64,000 nucleotides of DNA. Source: Thermoanaerobaculia bacterium (GTDB lineage: Bacteria > Acidobacteriota > Thermoanaerobaculia > Multivoradales > Multivoraceae). This document shows positions 36,013 to 46,789 of this stretch, piece after piece. The notes beneath the pieces were generated by a model. It made no database searches, was not told the DNA's origin, and worked only from the letters and a program-made list of their open reading frames with translations. Position 1 is the stretch's first letter, and the number at the start of each line of letters is the position of its first letter. The position numbers were made by a program, and so were the translations under genes. The DNA is taken from assembly GCA_963664405.1 (NCBI GenBank), contig OY761158.1, forward strand, positions 5,056,001 through 5,120,000. Direction: 5' to 3'.

Positions 36013-38238
36013 CTAGCGGTTTGTCAAAGGGTCGACCCGCTGCAGCGCCGCACGAGTGAGAATGCGCAACTGGTCCACGCCGTCGCCGCCTGCTCGAGTG
36101 TCGACGATGATCTTCTTCCCGCCCTCGAGCACCGCCCAGCCATCGAAGTCGGGCTCACCGACCAGCGTTCCTCGATCGCTCGAAGTCCCGAAGTCGGGGT
36201 TGGCAAAGGCGAGAAAGTCACTGCCGCTCAAGCTCGCCGAGCTCGCAGCCACACCCACGATCGGATCATCGAGCTCGATCTCCACTCCGTCGAGGTCGGT
36301 CGCAGCCTTCGGGGCGAAGTGAAAGAGATAGCTGTGCACGACCGTACCCGAAGGTATCGTCGCTCCCGCCGGAAGGTTACCGGCATCGTAAGCGGCGGCG
36401 GCACCGTCACTATCGACCCTCAGATCCTCCTCGAGGGTCGCGAACTGCCGCTCGACCACCAGCTCCGGCCGGTCGGCGGCGGTGCGGCGACTCGCCGATA
36501 GATCGTCGGGGACGGTCTCGTCGTCGGTGTCGCCGAGAATGTCTACGCCCTCCGCGGCCGCGATGCGGGTGTCGTAATCGGCACCGTCGCGACTGGCGGC
36601 GGACTCGACCTCGAACCAGACGGTGATGTCCTCCAGCAGCGACGCGAAGAGCTGCTGGACCTCCGCCTGCTTCGAGGCGATGTCGGCGCTGGTGGCGACA
36701 GGGGTCGTCTCCCGCGGATCTTCGATCAGATCGTAGAGCTCCCACTCCCTGCCGCTGGTCTCGGAGATCAGCTTGTAGCGATCATCGATGATCGAGCGTC
36801 CGCCGCCCACCCTCTGTACCGTTCCGCCACGTCCTGCCAGCCGGCTGTCGCAGTCGCGGGGCTCGTCGGGGCCGCGGTCGGTCGTCGAGTCCCCACAGTC
36901 TTCCCACTCGATTCGGTGGGAGCGCTTGGCCGAGCGATCACCGAAGAGCACCTCGGTCATCGACTCGCCGTCGAGCGGCCGGGCGTCGGGCATCTCCACT
37001 CCCCAGATATCCAATAACGTTGGCAAGTAATCGCTGGTGATCATCGGCGTATGAGTCTCCCCCGGGGCGATCTGCCCCGGCCACTCGATGATGCCGGGCA
37101 CCCGGACCCCACCCTCCCAGAGCTCGCCCTTGTGCCCGCGCAGGCGCCCGGTGCCCTCGCTGGGATCGTCGACTCTCACCGATCCCGACATACCGTTGTC
37201 CGAAGTGAAGGCCACGAGAGTTTCTCTTTCGATGCCGCGACTGCGCAGCTGCGAGCGCAGACGACCGATCTCCCTGTCTAGCGCGGTGATGCCCGAGTAG
37301 TACGGTCGCTCGTAATCATTCATCTCGTCGCGCTCTTCGGCCGCATAGAGCTCATTCAGAGTTTCCGGGTGGAGGCGGTGCGGCCCGTGCGGTGGATGGA
37401 ACCAGATGACGGCGAAGAAAGGCCGGTCGGCTGCCTTGGCATCGTCGATGAATTGCAGGGTCTCGCGGACGAGGATCGCCGAGGAGTCGCCCCGTAGCTC
37501 TTCCGAGTCGATGTCGACGTACTCCCGGTGGCCGGTAAAGTAATGACCCCCGTGAAAGTTGCCCTCACTGGGGAGCAGCCCTGCCGGATCCCTGCGCATC
37601 GGCTCGAAGGTCGGCAACGCCTGCGGGCTGGCGAAGCTACGGTCGTAGCCGTGGTGCCACGGCGCCGAATAGAACTGGCCACCGGTGGTACCTTGGCATC
37701 CAGGTGGCCTCGACCGGCGGCTGTCACCGGCGCAGCGGGCGAAGTCACCTCCGCCCCTCTCGCTTGCCTTGTCGAGATTGCCCAGGTGCCACTTGCCGAA
37801 GTGCCCGGTCATGTAGCCCTGGGTCTTGGCGACTTCGGCGATGGTCAGCTCGAGGTTGCGCAGGCCTCCATTGTAGGCCCAGTCGATTCCGGTTCTCCGT
37901 GAAGCACGACCGATGACGAAGGAGGCCCGCGTCGGGCTGCATACCGAGCCGCCGGAGTACATGCGATGGAATTGCAGCCCCTCTGCAGCCATCGCCCGGA
38001 GGTTAGGGGTTTTGACTTCGGTATGGCCCGGGTAGACATCACCGGGGGCGCGCTGCTGTGGGTACTCGACGTGGCCCCAGCCCTGATCGTCGCTCATCAT
38101 CAGAATCACGTTGGGCCGCGACGGCCGCGAGGGCGCCGGTTGCGATCGCGACGTCGCTTCCTCGGTCGGCGGAGCCGCGCAGCCCAGGAGAGAGAGACCG
38201 ACCGCAAGAATCGCCACCAGCGCCGGCACCTTCTTCAC
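36013..38238 (-). CDS. Sulfatase lipoprotein with extra C-terminal domain, paralog C
   Basis: LSLLGC lipobox; CSPTR; GKWHLG. Confidence 0.92.
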   Translation of the reverse strand: MKKVPALVAILAVGLSLLGCAAPPTEEATSRSQPAPSRPSRPNVILMMSDDQGWGHVEYPQQRAPGDVYPGHTEVKTPNLRAMAAEGLQFHRMYSGGSVCSPTRASFVIGRASRRTGIDWAYNGGLRNLELTIAEVAKTQGYMTGHFGKWHLGNLDKASERGGGDFARCAGDSRRSRPPGCQGTTGGQFYSAPWHHGYDRSFASPQALPTFEPMRRDPAGLLPSEGNFHGGHYFTGHREYVDIDSEELRGDSSAILVRETLQFIDDAKAADRPFFAVIWFHPPHGPHRLHPETLNELYAAEERDEMNDYERPYYSGITALDREIGRLRSQLRSRGIERETLVAFTSDNGMSGSVRVDDPSEGTGRLRGHKGELWEGGVRVPGIIEWPGQIAPGETHTPMITSDYLPTLLDIWGVEMPDARPLDGESMTEVLFGDRSAKRSHRIEWEDCGDSTTDRGPDEPRDCDSRLAGRGGTVQRVGGGRSIIDDRYKLISETSGREWELYDLIEDPRETTPVATSADIASKQAEVQQLFASLLEDITVWFEVESAASRDGADYDTRIAAAEGVDILGDTDDETVPDDLSASRRTAADRPELVVERQFATLEEDLRVDSDGAAAAYDAGNLPAGATIPSGTVVHSYLFHFAPKAATDLDGVEIELDDPIVGVAASSASLSGSDFLAFANPDFGTSSDRGTLVGEPDFDGWAVLEGGKKIIVDTRAGGDGVDQLRILTRAALQRVDPLTNR

Positions 38239-40388
38239 CTTACTCGCTGCAGCGCCGCACGGGTGAGAATGCGCAACTGGTCCACGCCGTCGCCGCCGGC
38301 TCGAGTATCGACGATGATCTTCTTCCCGCCCTCGAGCACCTTCCAGCCATCGAAGTCGGGCTCACCGACCAGCGTTCCGCGATCGCTCGAAGTCCCGAAG
38401 TCGGGGTCGGCAAAGGCGAGAAAGTCACTGCCGCTCAAGCTCGCCGCGCCCGCGGCCACGCCCACGATGGGATCATCGAGCTCGATCTCCACTCCGCCGA
38501 GGTCGGTCGCAGCCTTCGGGGCGAAGTGAAAGAGATAGCTGTGGACGACCGTACCCGAGGGTATCGTCGCTCCCGCCGGAAGGTTACCGGCATCGTAGGC
38601 GGTGGCGGTACCGTCGCTGTCGACCCTCAGGTCCTCTTCGAGGGTCGCGAACTGCCGTTCGACCACCAGCTCCGGCCGGTCGGCGGCGGTGCGGCGACTC
38701 GCCGACAGATCGTCGGGGACGGTAGGGTCGCCGATATCGCCAAGAATGTCGACGCTCTCGGCTGCCGCGATGCGGGTGTCGAAGTCGGCGCCGGCGTAGC
38801 TTGCGGCGGACTCGACTTCGAACCACCGGGTGATCTGCTCCTGGAGCGAGGCAAAGAGGCTCTGGATCTCCGCCGGCTTGGAGGCGATGTCGGCGCTGGT
38901 GGCGACAGGGGTATCCTCCCGCGGGTCTTCGAGCAGGTCGTAGAGCTCCCAATCCCTGCCGCTGGTCACGGAGATCAACTTGTAGCGCTCGTCCATGATC
39001 GAGCGATCGCCGCCGACCTGGCTCAAACCCCGCCCACCGCGACCCCGGCCGGCGCTGTCGCAGTCGTCGGGCTCGCCCTCGCCGCGCACGGGAACGCGGT
39101 CTCCACAGTTGTCGAACTCGATGCGCTTGGAGCGCCGCGCCGTACGATCGCCGAAAAGAACTTCGGTCATCGACTCGCCGTCCAGCGGGCGCGCGTCGGG
39201 CATCTCCACTCCCCAAATGTCCGCGAGCGTCGGCAGGTAGTCGCTGGTGATCATCGGCGTATCGGTAGTGCCGGGGGTGATGCGACCCGGCCACTCGATG
39301 ATGCCAGGCACCCGCACCCCACCCTCCCAGATCGAGCCCTTGAAACCACGAAGGCCACCCTTACCCTCGCTCTTGTAGTCCATCCTCACCGAGCCCGAGA
39401 GACCGTTGTCGGAGGTGAAGGTCACCAGGGTGTCTTTCTCGATGCCACGACTTCGCAGGTACGCCCGCAAGCGGCCGATCTCCTTATCCATGGCGGTGAT
39501 GCCGGAGTAGTAGCGGGCCTCGTACTCGTTCCACGTCGACTGCTCTTCGGGCGTGTAGAACTCGTCCAGGGTGGCCTGGTCGAGGCGATGCGGCACATGC
39601 GGGGGGTGAAACCAGATGACGGCGAGAAAGGGGCGGCCGGCGGCGGTGGCATCGTCGATGAATCGCATCGCTTCGCGCACCAGGATCGCCGAGGCGTCGC
39701 CGCGCAGCTCCGCGGCGTCGGGATCGACGTGCTCTCCCGGGCCGGTGTAGTAGCGACCGCCGTGAAAGTTACCTTCGCTGGGAAGGGGGCCCAGCGGATT
39801 CCCCTTCATCGGCTCGAAGGTCGGCAGTGCCTGCTCGCTGGCGAAGACGCGGTCATAGCCGTGGCTCCAGGGAGGCGAGTAGAACTCACCACCATTCCTG
39901 TCCTGGAGCGTCTTGGAGAGATCGCCGAGGTGCCACTTGCCGAAGTGCCCGGTCATATAGCCCTGCGTCTTGGCGATCTCGGCGAGGGTCAGCTCGAGGT
40001 TCCTCATCCCCCCGCTGTAGGCCATCTCGATGGCGTTGCGCCGCGGCGCGCGGCCGGTGATGAAAGAGGCGCGGGTCGGGCTGCAGTTCGACCCGGCCGA
40101 GTACATGCGATGAAACTTGAGCCCGGCTTGGGCCATCGCCGCCAGCTCGGGGGTCTTGAGCTCGGGGTGGCCCGGGTAGACATCGCCGGGGGCGCGCTCC
40201 TGGGCGTACTCGACATCACCCCAGCCCTGATCGTCGCTCAACATCAAGATGATGTTGGGCCGCGACAGAAGCGACGATGCCTGCTCGGACGAAGACGCAG
40301 CCTCCTCGGCCGGCGGCGCCGCGCAACAGGTGAGTGCGACGGCGAGCAACAGGATCAGCGACTGCAGAGGTGTGGTTCCAACGCGCAT
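38235..40388 (-). CDS. Sulfatase lipoprotein with extra C-terminal domain, paralog D
   Basis: VALTCC lipobox-like; RPNIILMLSDDQGWGD; CSPTRASFITGR; RBS before ATG 40388. Confidence 0.92.
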   Translation of the reverse strand: MRVGTTPLQSLILLLAVALTCCAAPPAEEAASSSEQASSLLSRPNIILMLSDDQGWGDVEYAQERAPGDVYPGHPELKTPELAAMAQAGLKFHRMYSAGSNCSPTRASFITGRAPRRNAIEMAYSGGMRNLELTLAEIAKTQGYMTGHFGKWHLGDLSKTLQDRNGGEFYSPPWSHGYDRVFASEQALPTFEPMKGNPLGPLPSEGNFHGGRYYTGPGEHVDPDAAELRGDASAILVREAMRFIDDATAAGRPFLAVIWFHPPHVPHRLDQATLDEFYTPEEQSTWNEYEARYYSGITAMDKEIGRLRAYLRSRGIEKDTLVTFTSDNGLSGSVRMDYKSEGKGGLRGFKGSIWEGGVRVPGIIEWPGRITPGTTDTPMITSDYLPTLADIWGVEMPDARPLDGESMTEVLFGDRTARRSKRIEFDNCGDRVPVRGEGEPDDCDSAGRGRGGRGLSQVGGDRSIMDERYKLISVTSGRDWELYDLLEDPREDTPVATSADIASKPAEIQSLFASLQEQITRWFEVESAASYAGADFDTRIAAAESVDILGDIGDPTVPDDLSASRRTAADRPELVVERQFATLEEDLRVDSDGTATAYDAGNLPAGATIPSGTVVHSYLFHFAPKAATDLGGVEIELDDPIVGVAAGAASLSGSDFLAFADPDFGTSSDRGTLVGEPDFDGWKVLEGGKKIIVDTRAGGDGVDQLRILTRAALQRVR

Positions 40389-40395
40389 GCCTTCC

Positions 40396-42420
40396 TCATT
40401 TCTCGTTCGGCAGGGCGAACGCCACCACCTGCGCGATTTCCGGCTCACCGCGCAATCCCCTGCCGCGCACCGTGCCACCCGCCGGCACGACGATGTACTG
40501 GCGGCCCTCCTGCATGTAGGTCATCGGCACGCCATGCAAGGTCGCCTCGGTCTCCACCTCCGCCAGCACCTTCCCGGTGGCCTTGTCGTAAGCCTGGAGG
40601 TAGCTGCCTTTGGCCCCCGGAGCGTCCCAGCTCGCCCACTTCGGCACATAGGTGATGAGCAGCGTGCGGGTGATCAGAAACCCGCCCTCCCGGTTGCCGC
40701 TCGAGTGGCGACTTCCCAGCGGGCCGAGATTCAGGTGCTTGATGGCAGGGTGGTCGGTCGGGCCCTCGCCGAGGGGCACCATCCAGGCGTGCTCACCGGT
40801 TTTGAGATCGATGGCCGTGATGCGCCGGTAGGGAGGCTTGAGGAGTGGCAGCCCCTGCGGCCCTCTCCCACCGCCACCACGGCTCACCCATCTCCACTCG
40901 CTGCGCGTCGGGTCCGGTGGCGCGACCGCCAGGGCGGTGGGCTGCGTCGCCGACTGTACGTAGAGGATGCCGGTCACGGGATCGAGAGAGGCCCCGGGAT
41001 GGTTCGCTCCGCCCGCCATTCCCGGCACCGACAGCGCCCCCGTCTTGCCCCCTTCCTCCTTGACGATGGGAGGAAGGAACATCGGTCCAAGCACGAGCTT
41101 CTTAGCGATCTCGAGCGCCTCCTGCCTCAGCTCGGGGGTGAAGTCGATCAGATCGTCGACGGTCGCGCCCTGGCGATCGAAAGCCGCCGGCTTGGTGGGA
41201 AAAGGTTGGGTGGCGGCCGTCCACTCACCTGGCACCGTGGTCTGGGGAACCGGACGCTCTTCGATCGGCCAGATCGGCTCCCCCGTAACCCGGTCGAAGA
41301 CGTAGGTGAACGCCGTTTTCGACACCTGGGCCACGATCTTGCGGAGCTTGCCCTCGATCACCACATCGAGGAGATTGGGGGCCGAGGCGATATCCCAGTC
41401 CCAGATACCGTGATGCACCCCCTGGAAGTGCCAGATGCGCTCGCCGGTCTCGGCGTCGAGGCAGAGCAGGCTCTCGGCGTAGAGGTTGTCGCCGGGTCGA
41501 TGGCCACCCCAGAGATTGCCGGTCGGCGTAGTGGTGGGGATGTAGACATAGCCTAGCTCTTCGTCGCCGGCCATCGCTCCCCACACGTTGGTGCCGCCCA
41601 GCCACTTCCAGGAATCGTTGTGCCAGGTCTCGGTGAACTCCTCGCCCTCTTGCGGAATGGTGTTGAAGCGCCACTTCTGCTTGCCGGTGCGCACGTCGTA
41701 AGCACGCACGTGTCCGGGAGGGAGGCCAGACTTATTGGCGGGCGCGTCGGCGATTCTCGAGCCTACGATGTAGGTGTCGCGGATCACGATCCCCGGCGAG
41801 CCGGCGCTGATGTCGCGCAGAACGATCTCTTCGCGCCCCAGCATGTCGCGCGACATGTCGACGATGCCGTCTTCGCCGAAGGCCGGGTCGGGTTTGCCGG
41901 TCGCAAGGTCAAGGGAGATCAGCTGCTTGCCACCGGTGGCGAAAATGAGGCGCTCCTCCTCGCCGTCGGTCCAGTACTCGAGGCCCCGGGGAGTGGCTCC
42001 ATAGCCCTGCGCCAGCTCATAGCTCTTCGGGTCGTAGACCCACAGCTCCTCACCCGTGCCGGCGTCGAGAGCAGCGATCAGCCAGCGATTGGTCGCCATG
42101 TAGACCCGGCCATCGATCATCAGCGCCGAGCCCCTGAAGGTGCCCGACCCGTCGTCTGCCCCGCCACGAGTGGGTGAGGATCCGGCGAGCGCGCTAAGGC
42201 GGTGATCGGCAGATTCCCAGGCCCAGGCCAGCTCGAGCTTGGGGAAGTTGGCTGCGTCGATCTGATCGAGCGCCGAGTAGCGGGTAAAGGCGTGGTCGCC
42301 ACCATGGTGACGCCATTCCGCGTCAGCCGCTCCTGGCTGCGCTGAAGCGGAAGTCGCCGTAAACACGCAGATCAGCGCGGGTATCAGCATGCCTCGCGTC
42401 GATGGTCGCCTCACGCTCAT
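40396..42420 (-). CDS. PQQ-dependent dehydrogenase (GDH-like), paralog 3
   Basis: RYSALDQID, GDNLYAESLLCLDA, HHGIWDWD, GVPMTY. Confidence 0.9.
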   Translation of the reverse strand: MSVRRPSTRGMLIPALICVFTATSASAQPGAADAEWRHHGGDHAFTRYSALDQIDAANFPKLELAWAWESADHRLSALAGSSPTRGGADDGSGTFRGSALMIDGRVYMATNRWLIAALDAGTGEELWVYDPKSYELAQGYGATPRGLEYWTDGEEERLIFATGGKQLISLDLATGKPDPAFGEDGIVDMSRDMLGREEIVLRDISAGSPGIVIRDTYIVGSRIADAPANKSGLPPGHVRAYDVRTGKQKWRFNTIPQEGEEFTETWHNDSWKWLGGTNVWGAMAGDEELGYVYIPTTTPTGNLWGGHRPGDNLYAESLLCLDAETGERIWHFQGVHHGIWDWDIASAPNLLDVVIEGKLRKIVAQVSKTAFTYVFDRVTGEPIWPIEERPVPQTTVPGEWTAATQPFPTKPAAFDRQGATVDDLIDFTPELRQEALEIAKKLVLGPMFLPPIVKEEGGKTGALSVPGMAGGANHPGASLDPVTGILYVQSATQPTALAVAPPDPTRSEWRWVSRGGGGRGPQGLPLLKPPYRRITAIDLKTGEHAWMVPLGEGPTDHPAIKHLNLGPLGSRHSSGNREGGFLITRTLLITYVPKWASWDAPGAKGSYLQAYDKATGKVLAEVETEATLHGVPMTYMQEGRQYIVVPAGGTVRGRGLRGEPEIAQVVAFALPNEK

Positions 42421-44519
42421 CTACCCACCGGTAGGGCAAACGCCACCAGCTCCGCCGGTTCCGCTGTGACCGCTTGGCCCTCTCTGCCTCGACCCATCAG
42501 GGCTCTGCCGCCGGGCTTGCCGCCACCGGGAACCACGATGTACTGGCGACCTCGATGCCTGTAGCTGATAGGCACCCCGTGGAGCGTCATGTCGGTCTCA
42601 ACCTCCGCCAGCACCTTGCCGGTGGCTTTGTCATAAGCGGTGAGGTAGCTCCCATTCGCCGTCGGAGCGTCCCAGCTCTCCCACTTCGGCACGTGGGTGA
42701 TGACAAGAGTCTTGGTGACCAGAAGCCCGCCCTCTCGGGTGCCGCTCGAGATGCGGCTCCCCAGATAGCCGAGATCGAGATGGGCGATGGCCGGGTGGTC
42801 GGTCGGGCCCTCGCCCAAAGGCGCCTGCCACGCGTGCTCCCCGGTCTTGAGATCGATCGCCGTGATCCTCCGGTAGGGAGGCTTGAGCAGCGGCAACCCT
42901 TGAACTGCCGCACCGAAGAGTGAGTACTCCGTACCCCTGTTCAGCGGTGCATGCTTCTTGACATAGCGAAAATCGCTGCGCGCGGGATCCGATTCCCCCA
43001 GGCCCCAGGCGCCGGCCTGCGTCGTCGACTGCACATAGAGGACCCCGGTCTCCGGATCGTGAGAGGCGCCCGGGTGATTGGCTCCGCCGCCGGCGCTGGG
43101 CAGGACGATGGTACCGAGCTTGCCTCCCTCGCCGGTGAGGATGGTCGGAGTGAAGATCGGCCCGATGACGAAGTCCTTGACGATCTCGAGCGCCTCGGCT
43201 CTGAGCTCCGGGGTGAAGTCGATGAGATCGTCGACGGTTATGCCCTGCTGATCGAAGGCCGGCGGCTTGGTCGGAAAGGGCTGGGTCGGTGAGAGCTTCT
43301 CGCCGGGAACCGTCGACGGCGCCACCGGTCGCTCTTCGATCGGCCATATGGGCTCGCCGGTGACCCGATCGAAGATGTAGGCGAAAGCGGTCTTCGACAC
43401 CACCGCCACCACCTTTCTGAGTCGGCCGTCGACCACCACGTCGAGAACATTGGGTGCCGAGGCGATGTCGTAGTCCCAGATGCCGTGATGCACGGTTTGA
43501 AAGTGCCAGACACGCTTGCCCGTCTCCGCTTCGACGCACACCACGCTCTCGGCGAAGACATTGTCGCCGTGGCGGTCGCCGCCCCAGTAGTCGCTCGACG
43601 GGGTCGAGGTGGCGAAGTAGACATGGCCAAGCTCCTCGTCGGCAGCGAGCGGCGCCCACACATTGGAGTTGCCCATCCACTTCCAGGAGTCGTTCTCCCA
43701 GGTCTCGGTGAAGTCCTCGCCCTGTTCGGGGATGGTGTTGAAGCGCCACTTCTGCTCACCGGTTCGCACATCGTAGCCGCGCACGTGGCCGGGAGGGATA
43801 TTGTGCTTGCGCAGCGGAACATCGAAGATTCTCGAGCCGACGACGTAGGTATCGCCGACCACGATGCCGGGTGAGCCGGCGCTTATATTCTTGAGGAGGA
43901 TCTCTTTGCGACCGAGAAGATCGCGCGACATGTCGACGATACCGTCCTCGCCGAAGGTGGGATCGGGGCTGCCGGTGGCGAGGTCGATCGAGATCAACTG
44001 CTTGCCGACGGTGGCGAAGAGAATGCGCTCCTCGACCCCATCGGTCCAGTACTCGATACCGCGTGGGTTGCCATACCCCGCCTTGGGGAGCTCATAGCTC
44101 TTGGGGTCGTAGACCCACAGCTCCTCACCTGTGGCGGCATCGAGGGCCGCCAGCTGCCACATCGCAGTCATCATGTAGACCCGGCCGCCGATCATCAGCG
44201 CCGAGCCGGTGAAGCTGCCTGGGGTCTCGCGGATGCTGTGATCGGCGGACTTCCAGCGCCAGGCTACCTCGAGCTGCGGAAAATTTCCGGCGTCGATCTG
44301 GTCGAGCGGTGCGTAGCGGGAAAAGGAGCGGTCACGGCCGTGATGGCGCCACTCGACGTCGCCTTCGCCCGACTGGGCAACGGCACCGGTCGCCAACGAC
44401 GTGGCTACCAGTACCGTCAGCAGGGTACGCTGGCGGCGACGGCAAGCAGATTCCCAGGCCCGACTGGATCGCCGGGAAACGAGCGAAAGCATCAGAGCTA
44501 TTCCTGTCTTGCCGTTCAA
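42417..44519 (-). CDS. PQQ-dependent dehydrogenase (GDH-like), paralog 4
   Basis: RYAPLDQID, HHGIWDYD, PTQPFPTKPP; overlaps both neighbours. Confidence 0.9.
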   Translation of the reverse strand: MNGKTGIALMLSLVSRRSSRAWESACRRRQRTLLTVLVATSLATGAVAQSGEGDVEWRHHGRDRSFSRYAPLDQIDAGNFPQLEVAWRWKSADHSIRETPGSFTGSALMIGGRVYMMTAMWQLAALDAATGEELWVYDPKSYELPKAGYGNPRGIEYWTDGVEERILFATVGKQLISIDLATGSPDPTFGEDGIVDMSRDLLGRKEILLKNISAGSPGIVVGDTYVVGSRIFDVPLRKHNIPPGHVRGYDVRTGEQKWRFNTIPEQGEDFTETWENDSWKWMGNSNVWAPLAADEELGHVYFATSTPSSDYWGGDRHGDNVFAESVVCVEAETGKRVWHFQTVHHGIWDYDIASAPNVLDVVVDGRLRKVVAVVSKTAFAYIFDRVTGEPIWPIEERPVAPSTVPGEKLSPTQPFPTKPPAFDQQGITVDDLIDFTPELRAEALEIVKDFVIGPIFTPTILTGEGGKLGTIVLPSAGGGANHPGASHDPETGVLYVQSTTQAGAWGLGESDPARSDFRYVKKHAPLNRGTEYSLFGAAVQGLPLLKPPYRRITAIDLKTGEHAWQAPLGEGPTDHPAIAHLDLGYLGSRISSGTREGGLLVTKTLVITHVPKWESWDAPTANGSYLTAYDKATGKVLAEVETDMTLHGVPISYRHRGRQYIVVPGGGKPGGRALMGRGREGQAVTAEPAELVAFALPVGR

Positions 44520-44953
44520 CGCCTGCCAGCCGGCTCGGTCACGTCAGCCCCGTCTCTCGGCGCGCCGGTGCCCGAAGACCCCACGAAGAGCTTTTTCCCG
44601 TCAGGGTAGGTCACGCTGCGCCCGTTCATCTTGTTCGAGCGATCCTTGGCGTGGAAGCCCTCGACCGTGATCTCGGTTCCCGGCGGCAGCGAGTTCTTGG
44701 TGAACCCGCGACGGAAGAGACTCGGCGGGCTGCCACTCTCGACCATCCAGCTCTCGACCGAGCCGTCTTCCCGAACGATGTCGAGATGGATCCAAGCATG
44801 GGGATTGATCCACTCCATCTTGGTGACCTTGCCGGTCAGCTCGACCGGGCTCTCGGCATCGAACTCGGCCGCGAACGCATGGTGCCCCAGAACCGGGACG
44901 GCGACCAGGGCGAGAAGCAGAGCAGCTGCAGCGATGATGGTGTTATTTCGCAC
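44516..44953 (-). CDS. DUF6152-family small secreted protein
   Basis: HHAFAAEFD...LTGKVTKMEWINPHAWIHLD...WMVE...PG.EITVEG; AGGAGG RBS before GTG 44953. Confidence 0.85.
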   Translation of the reverse strand: MRNNTIIAAAALLLALVAVPVLGHHAFAAEFDAESPVELTGKVTKMEWINPHAWIHLDIVREDGSVESWMVESGSPPSLFRRGFTKNSLPPGTEITVEGFHAKDRSNKMNGRSVTYPDGKKLFVGSSGTGAPRDGADVTEPAGRR

Positions 44954-44970
44954 TTTCTTTACCTCCTTGT

Positions 44971-45816
44971 TCATTCGGAATCTCCGGCCTTCCACACACC
45001 CTTGCTCAGGTGCCCGAACATCAGCTCTTCCGCAAAGGGAACGCATTTGAACTCGAGCAGCTGCATATTGGGCTCGACCCGACGATAGAGCGGGAAGCTC
45101 ACCTTCCACGGGCGGGTATAGGTCTGCGGATCAGTGATCGTTGCCTCGTAGTGAATGTGGTTCGGGCCCCGCGCCGTATAGCGCTCGACGACGTGAATCT
45201 CGATGCTGTGGTGATTGCCCGAGCGATCGAGCCAGGTATCGGGGACCTGGGCGCTGACGTCGATCACCAGAGTCTCCCCCTCCCAATGACCGCGAGAGTG
45301 CCCCATCCAGTTGTCACCGGGGGCCTCGAAATCGGGTCGGTTCATGTACACGATGCGGCTGGCATCGGCGAACTCGTAAGCGAAGATGACGTTCTGCGCC
45401 GACTGGATGATCTGAAATGGGTAGGGCATGTAGTTGGCGCGTGGGATCCCAGGCATGAAGCATTTGATCGCCGGATCCAGCTTCCACCACCGCTTCAGGT
45501 TCTCCTGTTGCTTCGCTCGCGCCGCGGGGCTGTAGGGGATCTCCCCGCCTTCGACGATGCCCAGCCCAGCCGGAACGGCACCAAGTGCTCCGAGCTCGAC
45601 GATCGGGCCCATCCGAGCAGAGTGGCCTTCGATGTCCCAGTGCGCCGCGCCCATCGCCTGCCAGATACCGTTGAGGTCCGGCTCGCCTTCAGAGGTGCGC
45701 GGGGCTCTGTAGTCCTGGGCGAGAACGGACCCTGCGGCCATCACCAGCGCCAACGCCACTACCGCAGGAGCCATGTCTTCTCTGCGATTCGGTTTCTTCA
45801 TATTCTCGTTTCTCAC
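44971..45816 (-). CDS. Uncharacterised secreted protein of the same family (variant C-terminus LEFKC), paralog 2
   Basis: PRTSEGEPDLNGIW; DPAIKCFMPGIPR; WMGHSRGHWEGETLVID; VVERYT; ITDP.TYTRPW. Confidence 0.82.
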   Translation of the reverse strand: MRNENMKKPNRREDMAPAVVALALVMAAGSVLAQDYRAPRTSEGEPDLNGIWQAMGAAHWDIEGHSARMGPIVELGALGAVPAGLGIVEGGEIPYSPAARAKQQENLKRWWKLDPAIKCFMPGIPRANYMPYPFQIIQSAQNVIFAYEFADASRIVYMNRPDFEAPGDNWMGHSRGHWEGETLVIDVSAQVPDTWLDRSGNHHSIEIHVVERYTARGPNHIHYEATITDPQTYTRPWKVSFPLYRRVEPNMQLLEFKCVPFAEELMFGHLSKGVWKAGDSE

Positions 45817-46745
45817 TTGGAATCAGCCTCCGCGGCGGCCGCCTCTTGCTCCGAGACCCGAGCGCCGGAGAGGATATTCGCAAGGTTGTAATTACCTTCG
45901 TGGCAGGCGAACTCGAAAAGCGGCTCGTTCTGCTTTTTGAGCGGTATCATCACCGTCCAGGGCCGGGCCCAGATCAGCGGATCGTCGATGGTCACGTCAT
46001 AGAAGATCAAGTCGGGGGCGATAAGGGTGAAGCGCTCGGTCACTACCAGCTCCTTCGAATTGAGGGAGTGAAACCACCCCTGCGGAGTTCCTCGCTGGTG
46101 GGTTCCGGCATACCCCTTGGGCAGGTAGTTGGTGGTCTCGACGACCAGTGATTCGCCCTCCCAGCGGCCGCGCGAGTCGCCGAGCCACAACTGGATGTCA
46201 GGATCGGGGTGGGGCGATCCATCGAGGAGAATGACGCGTGCCTCGTGAATCCACTCCATGACGATGACGACGTGGTCCTTGTTCTGGACCAGCTTGTAGT
46301 ACTGGTTGAAGTTCGCCCGGACCGGCGCTCCCAGGGTCACGCAACGCTCGCCCAAGGAGCGATCAGCCCAGGTGTCGGCCGGATGCTCCTCGAGATAGGC
46401 CTGGAGCGCATCCCAGTCCTCCTGTGCCTGCGCGGTGAGAGCTGGGATGCCACCCTCGGGCGGGTCGGTAAGCAACTCAGACAACTTGCGGCCGCCGCGG
46501 GGACCGCCAGGCTCGACCCACACTCCGCGCAGATCGGGATGGCCGTCCGAGGTGCGAGGTACCGTCCACCCAGGAGGCGCCCCGTGTCGTTGGGCCAAAG
46601 CGGCCCGGTCCTCCGCGGTGGCCCTGGCCGGCACGGTGATCCGCCCCTCGCCGCGGCCACGGCCGCGCTGAGCAGAGCTCAGGCCGGGCAGCAGTAGGAC
46701 GATGGCGACGGCGGCCGCTAGGAATCGTGAGAACCGTGGTCGCAT
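45813..46745 (-). CDS. Uncharacterised secreted 'FACHEGN' family protein, paralog 3
   Basis: PRTSDGHPDLRGVW; LGERC; WLGDSRGRWEGESLVVETTN; FEFACHEGNY; RBS before ATG 46745. Confidence 0.82.
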   Translation of the reverse strand: MRPRFSRFLAAAVAIVLLLPGLSSAQRGRGRGEGRITVPARATAEDRAALAQRHGAPPGWTVPRTSDGHPDLRGVWVEPGGPRGGRKLSELLTDPPEGGIPALTAQAQEDWDALQAYLEEHPADTWADRSLGERCVTLGAPVRANFNQYYKLVQNKDHVVIVMEWIHEARVILLDGSPHPDPDIQLWLGDSRGRWEGESLVVETTNYLPKGYAGTHQRGTPQGWFHSLNSKELVVTERFTLIAPDLIFYDVTIDDPLIWARPWTVMIPLKKQNEPLFEFACHEGNYNLANILSGARVSEQEAAAAEADSK

Positions 46746-46789
46746 CGACGGTCTCCTCGGTACGAATAATGGCTTCATCAGCAAAGAAC

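Noticed and set aside
11819-44519. Methanol/ethanol or lanthanide-type PQQ dehydrogenase assignment
   Set aside because: No adjacent-Cys disulfide motif; the sequences follow the GDH-like pattern. Substrate cannot be assigned by eye.
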